A stretch of DNA of 64,000 nt from Octopus bimaculoides (Eukaryota): assembly GCF_001194135.2 (NCBI RefSeq), contig NC_068986.1, positions 115,780,070-115,844,069 of the forward strand, given 5' to 3'. Positions 42,808-55,747 of this stretch are shown piece after piece (position 1 is the stretch's first letter; the number at the start of each line of letters is the position of its first letter). Below the pieces are notes generated by a model. The model had not been told where the DNA came from. It saw nothing but the letters and a program-made list of their open reading frames with translations, and did no database searches. A program made the translations under genes and the position numbers.

Positions 42808-43022
42808 TGACCCCATCAAGCTAACCTACATATACACAACTTAAAGAAGAGTGGGCTCCACCAAGTTGATCTCCTTACCCCAAGATACACACTAGAAAGA
42901 GAGAGAGAGAGATAGAGAGAGATTCCAGTATAGTGACCTACCCTAGACATACTTTAGATGTAACGAAGTGGTGTAGAGGTAGTGGTGAGCTGGTGGTGTG
43001 AAGGTGTGAAGCAAACACTTAC

Positions 43023-43121
43023 CTGTAACACAGGACTGTTAAATACAGTGCTGACGTGGACAGCAAACATGATGACCGCAAATAAGATGCACACAAGTAG
43101 ATCAGACTGCAGTCGGTCACT
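43023..43121 (-). CDS. PCNX: pecanex exon 13 (99 nt, phase 0/0)
   Basis: SDRLQSDLLVCILFAVIMFAVHVSTVFNSPVLQ. Confidence 0.95.
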
Positions 43122-43198
43122 CTGACAAAGAAGAAGAAGAAGAAGAACACATCAAATAACAACAATAAAAACAACGTCCATACTAACAGAAAATGTTT

Positions 43199-43445
43199 CA
43201 TCATCATCATCATCATCATCATCGTTTAACGTCCGCTTTCCATGCTAGCATGGGTTGGACGATTTGACTGAGGACTGGTGAAACCGGATGGCAACACCAG
43301 ACTCCAATCTAAATTTGGCAGAGTTTCTACAGCTGGATGCCCTTCCTAACGCCAACCACTCAGAGAGTGTAGTAGGTGCTTTTACGTGTCACCTGCACGG
43401 AGGCCAGTCAGGCGATACTGGCAACGGCCACGCTCAAAATGGTGT
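43199..43445 (-). mobile_element. RTE 3'-end-derived repeat (family B), runs into a gap
   Basis: Near-exact reverse complement of 42325-42553. Confidence 0.88.
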
Positions 43446-43593
43446 NNNNNNNNNNNNNNNNNNNNNNNNNNNNNNNNNNNNNNNNNNNNNNNNNNNNNNN
43501 NNNNNNNNNNNNNNNNNNNNNNNNNNNNNNNNNNNNNNNNNNNNNNNNNNNNNNNNNNNNNNNNNNNNNTTTATGTGCCACCCACACAAGCCA

Positions 43594-43773
43594 ACTTGTT
43601 TCAGTCATTTGACTGCGGCCATGCTGGAGCATCGACTTTAGTCGAGCAAATTGATCCCAGAACTTATTCTTTGTAAGCCTAGTACTTACTCTATCGGTCT
43701 CTTTTGCCGAACCGCTAAGTTACGGGGACGTAAACACACCAGCATCGGTTGTTAAGCGATGTTGGGGGGACAA

Positions 43774-43814
<41 letters not shown>

Positions 43815-43982
43815 CATACATACATATGACGGGCTTCTTTCAGTTTCCGTCTACCAAATCCACTCACAAGGCTTTAGTCGGCCCGAGGCTATAGTAGACA
43901 CTTGCCCAAGGTGCCATGCAATGGGACTGAACCCAGAACCATGCAGTTCATAAGCAAGCTAGTTACCACACAGCCACTCCTA
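43594..43982 (-). mobile_element. SINE family A
   Basis: Reverse complement of the family A consensus. Confidence 0.85.
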
Positions 43983-45039
43983 CTTTTTTTTATTAATGTA
44001 TTTATTCTAGATTATTATGGTAGGAATGGGGTTGGGTGAGGCTCTTCATAAATAGACAATTTACATACAGCTGAGGCAAGTACCACAAATGGGCAAATAG
44101 TGCCATAGATGAGGCAAATAGTGTTACAGTTGGGGCAATTAGTGTCACAACTGGGACAAATTGCGCCACGGCTGGACAATTCTGACCACAGATAAATATT
44201 CAAATATGGTGGAAGAGCAGTGGAACCTGCTACGAGTCAGGCAGACTAGACAAGAATGTTAAGTGTACCTCTGACAAGAGGCACAATATTGTGACTAATA
44301 TAATTTACTCACAACACTTAAAACTAATTTCTCAAACATAGGTAAAGAATGGAACCTGCAGTAAGCCAGGCAGACTGAGACAAGCAGTGAAAGGCAGAAG
44401 GAGCATGGCTTGAGCCAATAACAATCAAGTCATTGATTGAAGACCTGCAAACATCTTCAGCAGCCCTAAAGACACTCGACAGCTTCAGTCTCTCTCTCTC
44501 TCTCTCTTGAGGGATGCCAAGTCACAAAAGCTACAAACCCCTTCTATTTTTAATATTTTTTTTCGTTATTTTTACTAAATCACAAGGAAGATGCAGCACA
44601 ACCTTTGCAGAAGCTCCAAATTCAGTAAGATTGATACCATTAATGCTCCACATAAACTGTTTCCATGACAACAACACTTGAAAAGCCATATGTGTGTAAG
44701 GGAAAGAATTCAGGAAGAGTGAAGCTCAAGGAAGAAAGGTATGGAAAGTGGGGAGGGGAAGAATAGGATGAGGACAGGAAGAGAGAGAGAGACAAGGGAA
44801 CTAAAAGTAGCTGAGTAGAGGCAGTGGAAGACTAACCAGCTCTAACGAGCAGAGGTCATTATGGAAACAAAAAGAAAAGCAGAGAGAGAGAGAGAGAGAG
44901 AGGAGATAGGACATTGTCTGTGGGCCACAGGCTGGAATATGATTGTGAGTGACTCTAGGCCAATCAGTTGAGTGGCTTTTATGTCGATACAAACTGAGTG
45001 CATAGTCATATGTACACTTATTATTTAGAAATACACAGA

Positions 45040-45385
45040 TGCGTCGAGTGATATGATATGCTGGAGAAGACCTGTTGAGTCAAATAAAACCAATATTGTA
45101 GCTGTGGACTGTTCCCCTTGACTGGTACTTGTGTCAGTGGCACGTAAAAAGCACCATTCAAAAGTGATTGATGCCAAGCCTGCCTGACTGGCTCCTGTGC
45201 CGGTGGCACATAAAAAGCACCCTCTACACTCTCGGAGTGGTTGGCGTCAGGAAGGGCATCCAGCTGTAGAAACTCTGCCAGATTAGATGGGAGCCTGGTG
45301 CAGCCATCTGGTTCTCCAGACCTCAGTTAAACCATCCAACCCATACCAGCATGGAAAATGGATGTTAAACGATGACGATGATGAT
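45040..45385 (+). mobile_element. RTE 3'-end-derived repeat (family B)
   Basis: Matches the 36780-37218 3'UTR. Other copies at ~22660-22856(+), 23541-23685(+), 25520-25630(+), 32449-32545(-), 40808-41000(-), 62945-63183(+). Confidence 0.85.
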
Positions 45386-45430
45386 TATGAAGACACACAC
45401 ACACGTAAAAAGAGAAAGAAAGAAACTTAC

Positions 45431-45536
45431 GACACATTTCTTGAGTTTGTCAGGTAAGGGGTCAATTAGTTCATTCTCTCCTGGTTCCTTAGTTTGGCTG
45501 GACTTTTTACCACAAATCATATCTTTTATAAGAGAA
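45431..45536 (-). CDS. PCNX: pecanex exon 12
   Basis: SLIKDMICGKK..ELIDPLPDKLKKCV; phase 2 to 0. Confidence 0.93.
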
Positions 45537-45832
45537 CTGCAACGTGAACAGAACAGCTTTTGTTAGATTTAGTTGATCTCACTGTCAGCATGTGTGTGTG
45601 TGTGTGTGCGTGTGTGCATGCATGTGCAAATATGTGTGAGATGTATATACGTATATACACACACACAAACATAAACACATCCGCACTTATCATAACCCCA
45701 TAGCATAATGACAACCGGTCAGTCCAGTGTTGACCATTTTAAAGTAAGACTAAATATACCTGAAACATTACCATTTTACAAACCTTTATTTGTTTGTGGA
45801 ACTACATGTGCGCGTATGCACATTTATTAACC

Positions 45833-45876
<44 letters not shown>

Positions 45877-46684
45877 CACTGACAAGTACACAAATCTAGA
45901 AAATAGAGCACCAACTGACCACATGCACTCACCCATACATACATATTTCTTTAGAGAAATACAAATTGCCACACACACACATATTCAAAAAGTAATTTGT
46001 CAAAAAAAAACAATTCCTTAAAGACTAGATAAAACCCACCCTTATTTTTCCAAATAAACACCAATATAGGAAAACAGTTTATAAACAAACATTGGTGTTT
46101 CAAATATCCATCCAGCTGAATAAAAATCCATTTTATGCAACAGATGTATACTGTTTTTAATCACAGCACACTTATAAGATATATTATCTCTGGACAAATA
46201 CCAGAGTATATTTACCTTTCACAGACGTATTCACATTAAGTATGAGACACAGATGGCTATTTTAATCTAATACTGCTTCTGAGATGGCTTAAATCAGTTC
46301 TGGCTGAATATAATTTTTTTTTTTTTGGGTGGGGGGTTTCCATTGCATTATCAGAAAATGAGAAATATGTCATTCCTCTACATCTCTACCACCAACTCCT
46401 CATCATGTGTGTCACTTATTATTTCTTTAAATTTGTGTACAGCTGAAAGACCCCACAACTCCCATGTCTTTCTTCCACAGATTGTCATGTATCTGTGTTT
46501 AGCTGATACTTAGTATGCACACTCATCTATACTAACACAAGCACACTGCATATGCATACACACATACACCGCATTATCCTACACACACAGACTGCATCAC
46601 AGAACCACACACTGCATCACGGTACTATACACTGCATGAAGACACTCAGACACACAAAGTAAAGAAAGACGTGGTGAAACTTAC

Positions 46685-46788
46685 CCAAGAACCCCAGGGT
46701 GGCTGGCAGACCGACTGAGATGGTATGAAATAGCAACAGACAGGGCACAGAATATAGAAAACAGGACATGTTGGGAACTTTCCTTCTG
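46685..46788 (-). CDS. PCNX: pecanex exon 11 (NAGNAG acceptor)
   Basis: (Q)KESSQHVLFSIFCALSVAISYHLSRSASHPGVL; phase 0 to 2. Confidence 0.94.
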
Positions 46789-48193
46789 CTGAAATAGAAA
46801 GAGACAGGGCAGAAAACATTAGAGGATGACTGTGCAGAATATTATGGGGTCTAATGTGAATGGTAAGGGACATCAGGGTATATTAGGACAGCAGGTCCAG
46901 TGGTGGATGAATAGTGACATTGACGAGGGGGGTAGGGCAATGGGGAAGGATAGTGCATAACATGAGGGAGAGGACAATACATGACACCGAAGAGGGGCAG
47001 TGATATAGGGGAAGGAGTGATACTGAAGTAATGTGTAACATAAGGGTGTAGCATACAACACTGAGACCAGGATAGTGTGGGTATCAGAGGGGTGGAGGTA
47101 ATTAGGTGGAAGGCAAGGAGAGTTTGTGTGTGTTTGTCGGTGTGACAGTGTTCACTGGACAAGAGGTAATTTGATTAAATGACAGGTACAAAGAGGTACA
47201 GGGTGAGATTACTTATCCCATTCATAGACACTGTTGCCTACGTCTACCACCACTACCACCTTCTTTTCGATTCATTCAAGAAGAGGAGAATGGAGTATTT
47301 GTTGGATCAACTGTTTGTACAGTTGAGCTAACAAATGGCCTTACCCTCCTCGTGAATTGTGAGAATAGAACTTGAGACGAACAAGAGTAAACAAGAGAGA
47401 GACAACAATTCGCAGTTTAAATTAATTAAAATATGACAACTCTGCACATGTTCCAATATTATTATTATCATCATCATCATCATCATTAGGTAGCAAGCTG
47501 GCAGAATGATTAGCACACCAGGCAAAATACTCAGCAGCCTTCCATTAGGCTTATCTTCTGAGGTTCAAATGCCTTTTGTCCTTTCAGGGTTGATAAAATA
47601 ATCACCAGCTGAGCACTGGGGTTGATGTAATCAACTTACCCCCATCCCAATCCCCCACATGGGCCACAAAATTACTGGCCTCTGCCAAAATTTGAAACCA
47701 ATATTATTACCCTCACAGCAAGTTCATGGCTCTGTGGTAAGAAGCTTGCTTCCACATGGTTCTGGGTTCAGTCCCATGGCATGGTACCTTGGGCTAGTGT
47801 CTTCTACTATAGCCTCAGGCCAACCAAAGCCTTGTGAGTGGATTTGGTAGCCGGAAACTGTAAGAAACCTGTCATATATATGGGGGTGGGGTCAGCTTGG
47901 CATAAAGGGAGACAGCTGGGTTGGATCAAATTTCGAAAAGGTATTTTTGTTCAATAAATGGACAGACTTCTGCACAGCAATTTCACCAAAATCTGGGTTA
48001 ATTTGTGACTGCGAAAGAAGACACTTGTTGAGATGCTGCACAGTCGACTGAAACCCACCCCAGCCCACATAATTGCAAAGTGAACTTGTTAACCAGACAG
48101 CCTTGCCTACTCCCATCCATAATATAAGCATTTAGAGACTCAATCCATACACCTAAATCCAAACTGCAACAGCAACCTGGAAAAGAGACTTAC

Positions 48194-48285
48194 CTTCAGG
48201 GCATAGTAGCAGAAGAAATATAATGCAGCAACAGCGACTAAGCTTCTTGTTACTGAATAGACAGCTGCACCAAGACTGGTAGTGG
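48194..48285 (-). CDS. PCNX: pecanex exon 10
   Basis: TTSLGAAVYSVTRSLVAVAALYFFCYYALK; phase 1 to 0. Confidence 0.94.
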
Positions 48286-49564
48286 CTAGAGATGGAGTAG
48301 AAGGGTGACATATAATTGAAGAATGGTGTATCTGGCATTACATTCGTTCTGTGGTTTACAGATTTGTTTCAAAGACAATGCAGGGGACCAATCAAACATC
48401 AAGTATATAGACATGGATGGGAACAATGATACAGACAGGCACAATGGGGTAATGATTACAACACAACACCTCAGAAGTCATTTAATCATAATCGAATGGA
48501 CAAATAAAAGTACAAACATCTCAATAGTCAAGTTATGCGTGTGTTTATCGTATTATTTCAGATCACTCTCTGGTGCATGTGCATAACTTGACCAGTGAGA
48601 TATCCTCTACAATGTCACTCAACCTACAAAATATAGCAGCCAAACTGCCTTCAAATCACACTCTACTGCTTTAAAAAATAATAATAAAACTCATTGGATA
48701 ACAATGACTTAAAAAAAGATGTGATGGTCATGACTGGAACACCTTTGACCTAGAACATAACATCAAAGAAGGACACATTAAATTAACTCTTTCTAGGCAT
48801 ACTATGTCTCAATTTCAAACATGATGGTCATGGTTGGAACATCATTAACCTGGAACTAAAGTAGGAAGGGTACATGAGATAATCTAACCCTAGATTTACT
48901 ATGGCTGACTAAAACATAAAATGTTCATCACTGAAACACATGTCTATTTAAGTCTATTTAATCAGGGCTGACTTGGGATTAAGAGAGAATAATCCATTTT
49001 CTTTGCTGGTATATAATAACAAAGAATATCTCCAAAAGAGGTTTTAATCTGTGTCATCTGTTCTTGTAAGACCCAGCTTCAATTATTTCCACCCTCATCT
49101 AGACTCTTCCAAGTTCATCCTTGGTCAGCCATTAGAACTCACAACCAACAACTAACAAAGTGATTTTTGGAGTAAAGATTATTTGCCAACATAACATGGC
49201 AGTCCTGGTTTAGGATGAATGTTGCTGTAATTTAGCCCCAGAGGACAATAGTCTCCAGCTGGCTATACGACACAATCTGTGTCCTTATATTTTCGAACAA
49301 GGGAATCTAGCACCCCCACTCAGCTTGATTCCCTTGTTCCAAAATGTCCAATTACCAAAATATGATGGGCCGCTGTTATTATCCAATTTATTTTGATATC
49401 AAAAACTACAGAAGCTAGCAAATGAGAAAACATTTTTTTTATCAAGGATTATGAGAAACATTTAAAAAAATCTTTTTAATATTGCTCTTTAATGAAGTTA
49501 TTTAACAGTTACCACATTTGATGCCATAAAAGATGCATGGGCATATTAGATGCATCCCAATTTC

Positions 49565-49990
49565 AAAATGCTCATCATCATCATCATCAATGTATAACGT
49601 CTGCTTTCCATGCTGGCATGGATTGGAAGGTTTGACTGAGGACTGGTGAGTCAGAAGACTGCACCAGGCTCAATTTGATTTGGCAAAGTTTCTACAGCTG
49701 GATGCCCTTCCTAATGCCAACCACTCCAAGAGTGTAGTGGGTGCTTTTATGTTCCACCAGCACGGGGGCCAGTCAGGCAGTTCTGGCAACGACCACGCTC
49801 AAAAGGTGTTTTTTTATGTGCCACCTGAACAGGAGCCAGTCCAGCAGCACTGGCAATGACCACGCTCGAATGTTGTTTTTCACGTGCCACCAGCACATGT
49901 GCCAGTAAGGCACATGTGCTTAGCACGAGTGCCAATCAGGTGGTACTGTCATCGGCCACGTCAATGATTTTGATTTGATTTCATTTGCCT
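49565..49990 (-). mobile_element. RTE 3'-end-derived repeat (family B)
   Basis: catcatcat tail on the left; body matches family B. Confidence 0.85.
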
Positions 49991-50338
49991 TAATAGGTCT
50001 TTGCAAGCAAAGTTTATTGTCCAATGAATGAGGGTTATTCATAAGTGGGCTGGTTACACCCACTGGCATAGGCCACAGGCTATGGTCTCATATTCAGAAT
50101 AAAACGTTTTTAGTACATTAAAGCTTAAAGGAGACCCAACTTCATAGATAGCATCTGGAGTGACTTTCAGACAAGTGTTTTTGAAAAAATGGTGTGCTTT
50201 ATATGCCATCAGATATGGTAGGTTTATAACCCAAGTTATATATACATTAAAAATGTTATCTAAGTTATTTAGATATAAAATAAGTGATTCCAAGGTACTT
50301 AGATATTTAATAAGCAAACAACAGGTTATACAAAATCA

Positions 50339-50611
<273 letters not shown>

Positions 50612-51021
50612 TTACCCTGGACTGTCTATACCACACGATACATATAAGAGATATTTAGTGTGAGGGTTTGGCCATTAAACAATGACAGCCATATCACAGC
50701 ATGTAACCCTCTAACACTCCCCACTCAATTCCCCTTCACTATTCCATCTGGAGCATCGCTAAAAGAAGTCAGCCAGCAGCCCTAAGTACCGAGGACTTGG
50801 AAGTTTTAATCACAGATATAGTGAGCAGCATGGGTGGTGACCACCTGATGCTGAAAGTTGCAGCTTCTATGGTCACATCAGGGCCATCATTGGGGCTGAG
50901 GGCAGTTTTGTTAAATGGCCTATTTATTTGATGTCTCTAGTTGAACAGGTGGACCGTTTTCCTTTAAGAATGCTGTCTTTATTTTACTTAGTGTTTTATT
51001 TTGTGTTTTCAGTTGCCTGAC

Positions 51022-51057
<36 letters not shown>

Positions 51058-51126
51058 CACACACTACATACACACACACACACACACACACACACTGCCT
51101 CTGAATGAAAATCAATGCAGACTTAC

Positions 51127-51298
51127 CTTTCATAAGACTTTTGGCAAATGTTAGCGATGCAGTTGCAGTAAATGGGAAGCCATAGATGATAAATGATGTT
51201 GAAGATGCATGGTGAATTGTATAGTCGAGGAACTTGAGAAGGCCACAACACAAACAGAAGTAAAATGGACGGCTGAACACTATTAGACGATTGTAGCC
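51127..51298 (-). CDS. PCNX: pecanex exon 8
   Basis: GYNRLIVFSRPFYFCLCCGLL..; phase 0 to 1. Confidence 0.95.
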
Positions 51299-51540
51299 CT
51301 GTAAATAAGACAGAAAAGAGAGAAAGATATAACATGATGTTTACTAGAGATGCCAAGGTTTATAGCAAAGGGATTAGAAAAAAGCTGTTTAAAGGAGATG
51401 TATAAATCAAGGAAGTCACAGTTGACTGGGGTCAAATAGTACGCTGACCAGTCTGATGGTTCCGTGGTTTGCATCCAACTACTGGCACCATAATGAGTCG
51501 CAGTTGAGAACTGCTTTCAATCCTTTCAGTGTATCGTTAT

Positions 51541-51870
51541 AAATAGGTACCATGAAGATAAATAGGTACCATGAAGATAAATAGGTACCATGAAGATGTA
51601 ATCAACCCAGCTAAGAATCTGTATAATGAAAAGTCACAAGCTATCTAACAGTAAATACGTATGAAGAGGATATACAGCCTACCCAGCTGTATATAAATAA
51701 GCATGTAAAAATAGTCCACCCAGTTGGAAATAAATACCAAGGAATGGTAAAGTCCATTTAGCTGTAAATAGGTACCATGTGGCAGTACACAATATTTAGC
51801 TGTAAATAAGTACCAAGCAGCAGTGAAGTCCAGCCAGTCATAAATAAGTACCATGGAATGGTGATGTAGT
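51541..51870. repeat. 19-bp x3 tandem repeat plus degenerate ~38-bp minisatellite
   Basis: aaataggtaccatgaagat x3 (51541-51597); related agctgtaaata(g/a)gtacca units ~51680-51870. Confidence 0.75.
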
Positions 51871-52043
51871 CTGCTTAGCTCAGTACAAGTACAATTGACA
51901 TAAGGTACTAAAAAGCTAAAATATTCAATCATGAGCCAATGATCATATTTAATTAAGAGAGGGTGGGGTGAATAGATCAAACCAGAGTGGCTCCCAAAAA
52001 GGAGGTTAAATCATACAAGAAAAGGGAAAAGTTCATAGCTTAC

Positions 52044-52076
52044 ATGCATAGGTGATGCTGAATCTGGTTGTACACT
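52044..52076 (-). CDS. PCNX: pecanex exon 7 (33-nt microexon)
   Basis: ttattacag|SVQPDSASPMH|gtaagc; restores the conserved SLLK-SVQPD-..H-GxNR motif. Confidence 0.93.
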
Positions 52077-53336
52077 CTGTAATAAAAAAGAAAACAAAGA
52101 CATGAGATTAGCTGGTTGTGCATTGAAAGGAAACTGTCCAATAGAACATACTGGGCTGTGGGTGTATGGGTGTATGCAAATATTACAAAGCTTAACTGTG
52201 GGTGAAACAAAAATGTAAACCTTTCCTTTCTACGGTTTTGATACACAGGAAAAACAAAAAGACAGGGAATTCCCAGACAGACTATTTCATAGTTTGTTCA
52301 TTACTCTTCAGTGAAGACATATCTGGTTTCTTTTCCCAAATCAGTAGCATTGAATATTCAGCTATTATGTAAAGCAGTCATATATTATGCTAACACCATA
52401 GTGGATAACTTGATTTACATTAATTTATGCTTTTCATTAAGTAAACAATACATATTTTATGTATAACATGAATCAGAAGAACTGACATCCACTTAGAGAA
52501 TACAGAATGAGGGATATGTATATTTACATAAAAGTATGTATATTCAGGTAAGATACAAGAAAGAAAGAAAGAAAAAAAAGATAAAAAGTAAAAGCAATGT
52601 ACTACATGGAGAAGAGGAAGAGAAAGAAAGACAAGTCGGCATTTTAAAAATTGTGGTCCTGAACCGTCTGTAAGGGCACTATACTATGAGTATGGGTACA
52701 AGGCATTTTGGTACAACCATTTTAGTGCTACCTATTTGGCATCACAGATTTAATATTGGTTTTAGTGTTTCTCTTGTTCTCTCCCTCTTCATCTATCTTC
52801 AGTGAGCATGTATGTCTCTCTCTCTCTCTCTCTCTGTGTTTATGTCTCTATCTGCATGCGTATATTCCTCTGTGTGTGTGTGTGTGTGTTTGCCTCAAGG
52901 GTCAAAAAGTACCGTCACAAAAGCAGGCTGAATGCCCAGTCAGCCGTGCCAAGTTGTCAGCATCCAAACAGCTGCACCCTCCAACTGTTTCATTCCACTG
53001 TTCTACAGATATAGTCTTCAGGGAATACAAACCACAGAGGCCCAATACTTACAGAAGCAGTCTATAGAGATCCCACACTAATATACACAGCCAATTCAAA
53101 TGGATATATCCTACAGGGGTCCTATATAGTCTGTAAGGGGCTGTGGACATCAAGAATTACATTCAAGGTGTGTAGACAGTTTATGAAGGTCTTATACATG
53201 TAGGCTTTTAGGGGCTCATGAATATCCCAGTCTGTAGGGATCATGGACATGTAAACCTAGCTGATAAGGTCATAGTCTACCCACCCCTACCCACCATCAT
53301 CCCAATGTGACAAGTATCTCCATGGCAACTACTTAC

Positions 53337-53490
53337 CTTGAGCAAAGAATATTGACAACTGGCCAGAATGAAACAAAAGATGAAGATGTAGAAATCTTTG
53401 TAGAAATGTGATGAAAGAACGAGGGCACCGAGTGAACTGACTGCTACTGCCATCAGAATGGCTATCAGGTTCTCCACGACGGTCAAGTTT
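53337..53490 (-). CDS. PCNX: pecanex exon 6
   Basis: NLTVVENLIAILMAVAVSSLG..FCFILASCQYSLLK; phase 2 to 0. Confidence 0.96.
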
Positions 53491-54747
53491 CTGAAACACA
53501 CACAAAAAAAAAGGGCCTTTACACATCAATTCACATTTCCTAACATTGGCACATCATCATCATCACAATGAAATACTTAACGAGGGGAGCAATATCGTTG
53601 GTTATAAAGCAACCCCAGTACTTGACTGGTACTTTATTTTATTCACCGCTGAAGGACAGAAGGTAAAGTTGATCTTGATAGGTACTGAACTCAGAATATA
53701 GAGAGCAGTAACTAAATAGCACAAGGCATTTTATCTGATACTCTACTGATTCTGCCAAATCTACCAGCATAAGCACATTAAATTACTGACTTTGCCTTTC
53801 ATCCAGTCAGGATGAACTATTTTATGGATGAATTATTTATTGTTGTAGGCAATATCATCAGAGCAAGCTGGCATGGATGAAATGCTTAATGAAATGCTAT
53901 GTTCTGAGTTCAAATTCCGCTGAGGTCAACTTTGTCTTTCAGCCTTTCGGAGTCAATGTAATCGACAATACTCGTCTCCCCTAAAATTTCAGGCCTTGTG
54001 CCTATAACAGAAAGGATTATTAAATACAACACCCCTAAAAACATACCAACACTACAATCAGCAACAGTACCAATAACAATGGTGTTACTACAACGAGCAT
54101 CAAGAAAGCCAATGCCCTGACCTTCAATTGGTCCACTACCTCCAACAATCACACTACCAATATTTCTAGATTTCCCACATCAACAACCCATTCTCATCAA
54201 GTCCCACCACCACCACCACTTCAACTTGTCCCAGTAATCTTGCATCCAACATCCATAATTCCATCACCACTAATTGGCACTCATCAGTTATGACAACGAG
54301 GGTCCCAGTTGATCCAATCAATGGAACGGCCTGCTCATGAAATTAACATGCAAGTGGCTGAGTACTCCACAAACATGCATACCTTTCACATAGTTCTCAG
54401 AGAGGTTCAGTGCGACACAGAATGTGATGAGACTGGATATTTGAATTACAGGTGTGATTCCTTTTTGCCAGCTGAGTGGATCAGAGCAATGTGAAATGAA
54501 GTGTCTTGCTCAAGAACACAACACAACACACTGCTGGGAATTGAACTCGTGACCTTACATTCATGAGCCAAATGCTCTAACCACTTAGCCACATGCCTTC
54601 ACTATCACCACCACTTCAACTCTGGTTACTCTTGCATTTAACAACCATCTCATCCCCACCACCATCACCAGTCACAAAACCTCCCACATCCAACAACAAC
54701 AATTGATAAAAATGAAGGAGGAGAATAAGAAAGTCCAGTTTACTTAC

Positions 54748-55104
54748 CTGTCCAGTAATGCCAACAATTCCAATCGGTCAAAATGTATTTTGATGTATTT
54801 ATTAGGAAACAACCAGAACTTATAAAACTGCTTTGGTTTGTCAATTGACTGATGACCCGAAGAGACCTCGGTCACTGATGGACTGTCTGAGATGTCATCA
54901 ACATTTGGGTGACCACTGCCAAAAGGTTCCACCAAACCCCACTGTGACTCCATCTGCCATGGGTAAAATGCTTGTGTTGGACGCAGGTTGGAATGGAAAT
55001 CCAGTGACCGTTCACGGCAAACAATGGCCTGCTCTTCTCTCTTTGGTGATGGTTCAATGACAACCGGTGAACCAGAACCGCTGCTTGATGTACTTTCATG
55101 GAAA
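54748..55104 (-). CDS. PCNX: pecanex exon 5
   Basis: FHESTSSSGS..KQFYKFWLFP..IHFDRLELLALLD; phase 2 to 2. Confidence 0.93.
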
Positions 55105-55262
55105 CTGCACAAATAAAACTTACATTATAAGATATTCCAACATTACAAAAAAACAAACAAACAAAAGGTGAAAATGCCTAAACCAGTCACTTTAAATGAA
55201 GAAAGGTAAGCATTACACACACACAGAGACCCATTCAAAGAGAACTGAATTAGTAACCATAC

Positions 55263-55353
55263 CTTTTATCATTTGACTTCACCAGATCCATGTCAATAAC
55301 ACCTTGGGCCACACCAGAGCTATTCTCTCCAAATGTGTAGGTAAACCAATTAC
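55263..55353 (-). CDS. PCNX: pecanex exon 4
   Basis: NWFTYTFGENSSGVAQG..SNDK; phase 1 to 2; completes FQDEV-G-NW. Confidence 0.92.
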
Positions 55354-55376
55354 CTGAAAACATATATATTGATAAT

Positions 55377-55679
55377 ACAGTTCTATATTTAAGAGATGAG
55401 ACATTATGTACATTATTTGCATTTGACGGATATAACCACTACGCCAAATGCCCACGGGCATATGGCATAGTAGTTAAGAGCACGGGCTACTAACCCCAAG
55501 ATTCCAAGTTCAATTCCAGGCAGTGACCTGAATAATAATAATAACATTGAAAAATACCTTAGGAATGAGAACCCAGGTTTGAAATTTCCCCAAGACACCT
55601 GATGAAGGCTGGAGGGTATATCAGCCGAAACGTGTTAACAACAAACAAGATGAAGACAAATATCCGTCAAATGTAAATA

Positions 55680-55684
<5 letters not shown>
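55377..55684. mobile_element. Palindromic tRNA/hammerhead element, copy 3
   Basis: Central hairpin 55433-55476 (18/21 paired); A-box tggcatagtag 55463, B-box gttcaattc 55508; HHR-like core from 55594. Confidence 0.88.

Positions 55685-55747
<63 letters not shown>

Noticed and set aside
55456-55530. tRNA-like sequence with an ACT anticodon loop as a tRNA gene
   Set aside because: No proper acceptor stem; embedded in a repeated element; treated as a SINE-type Pol III head
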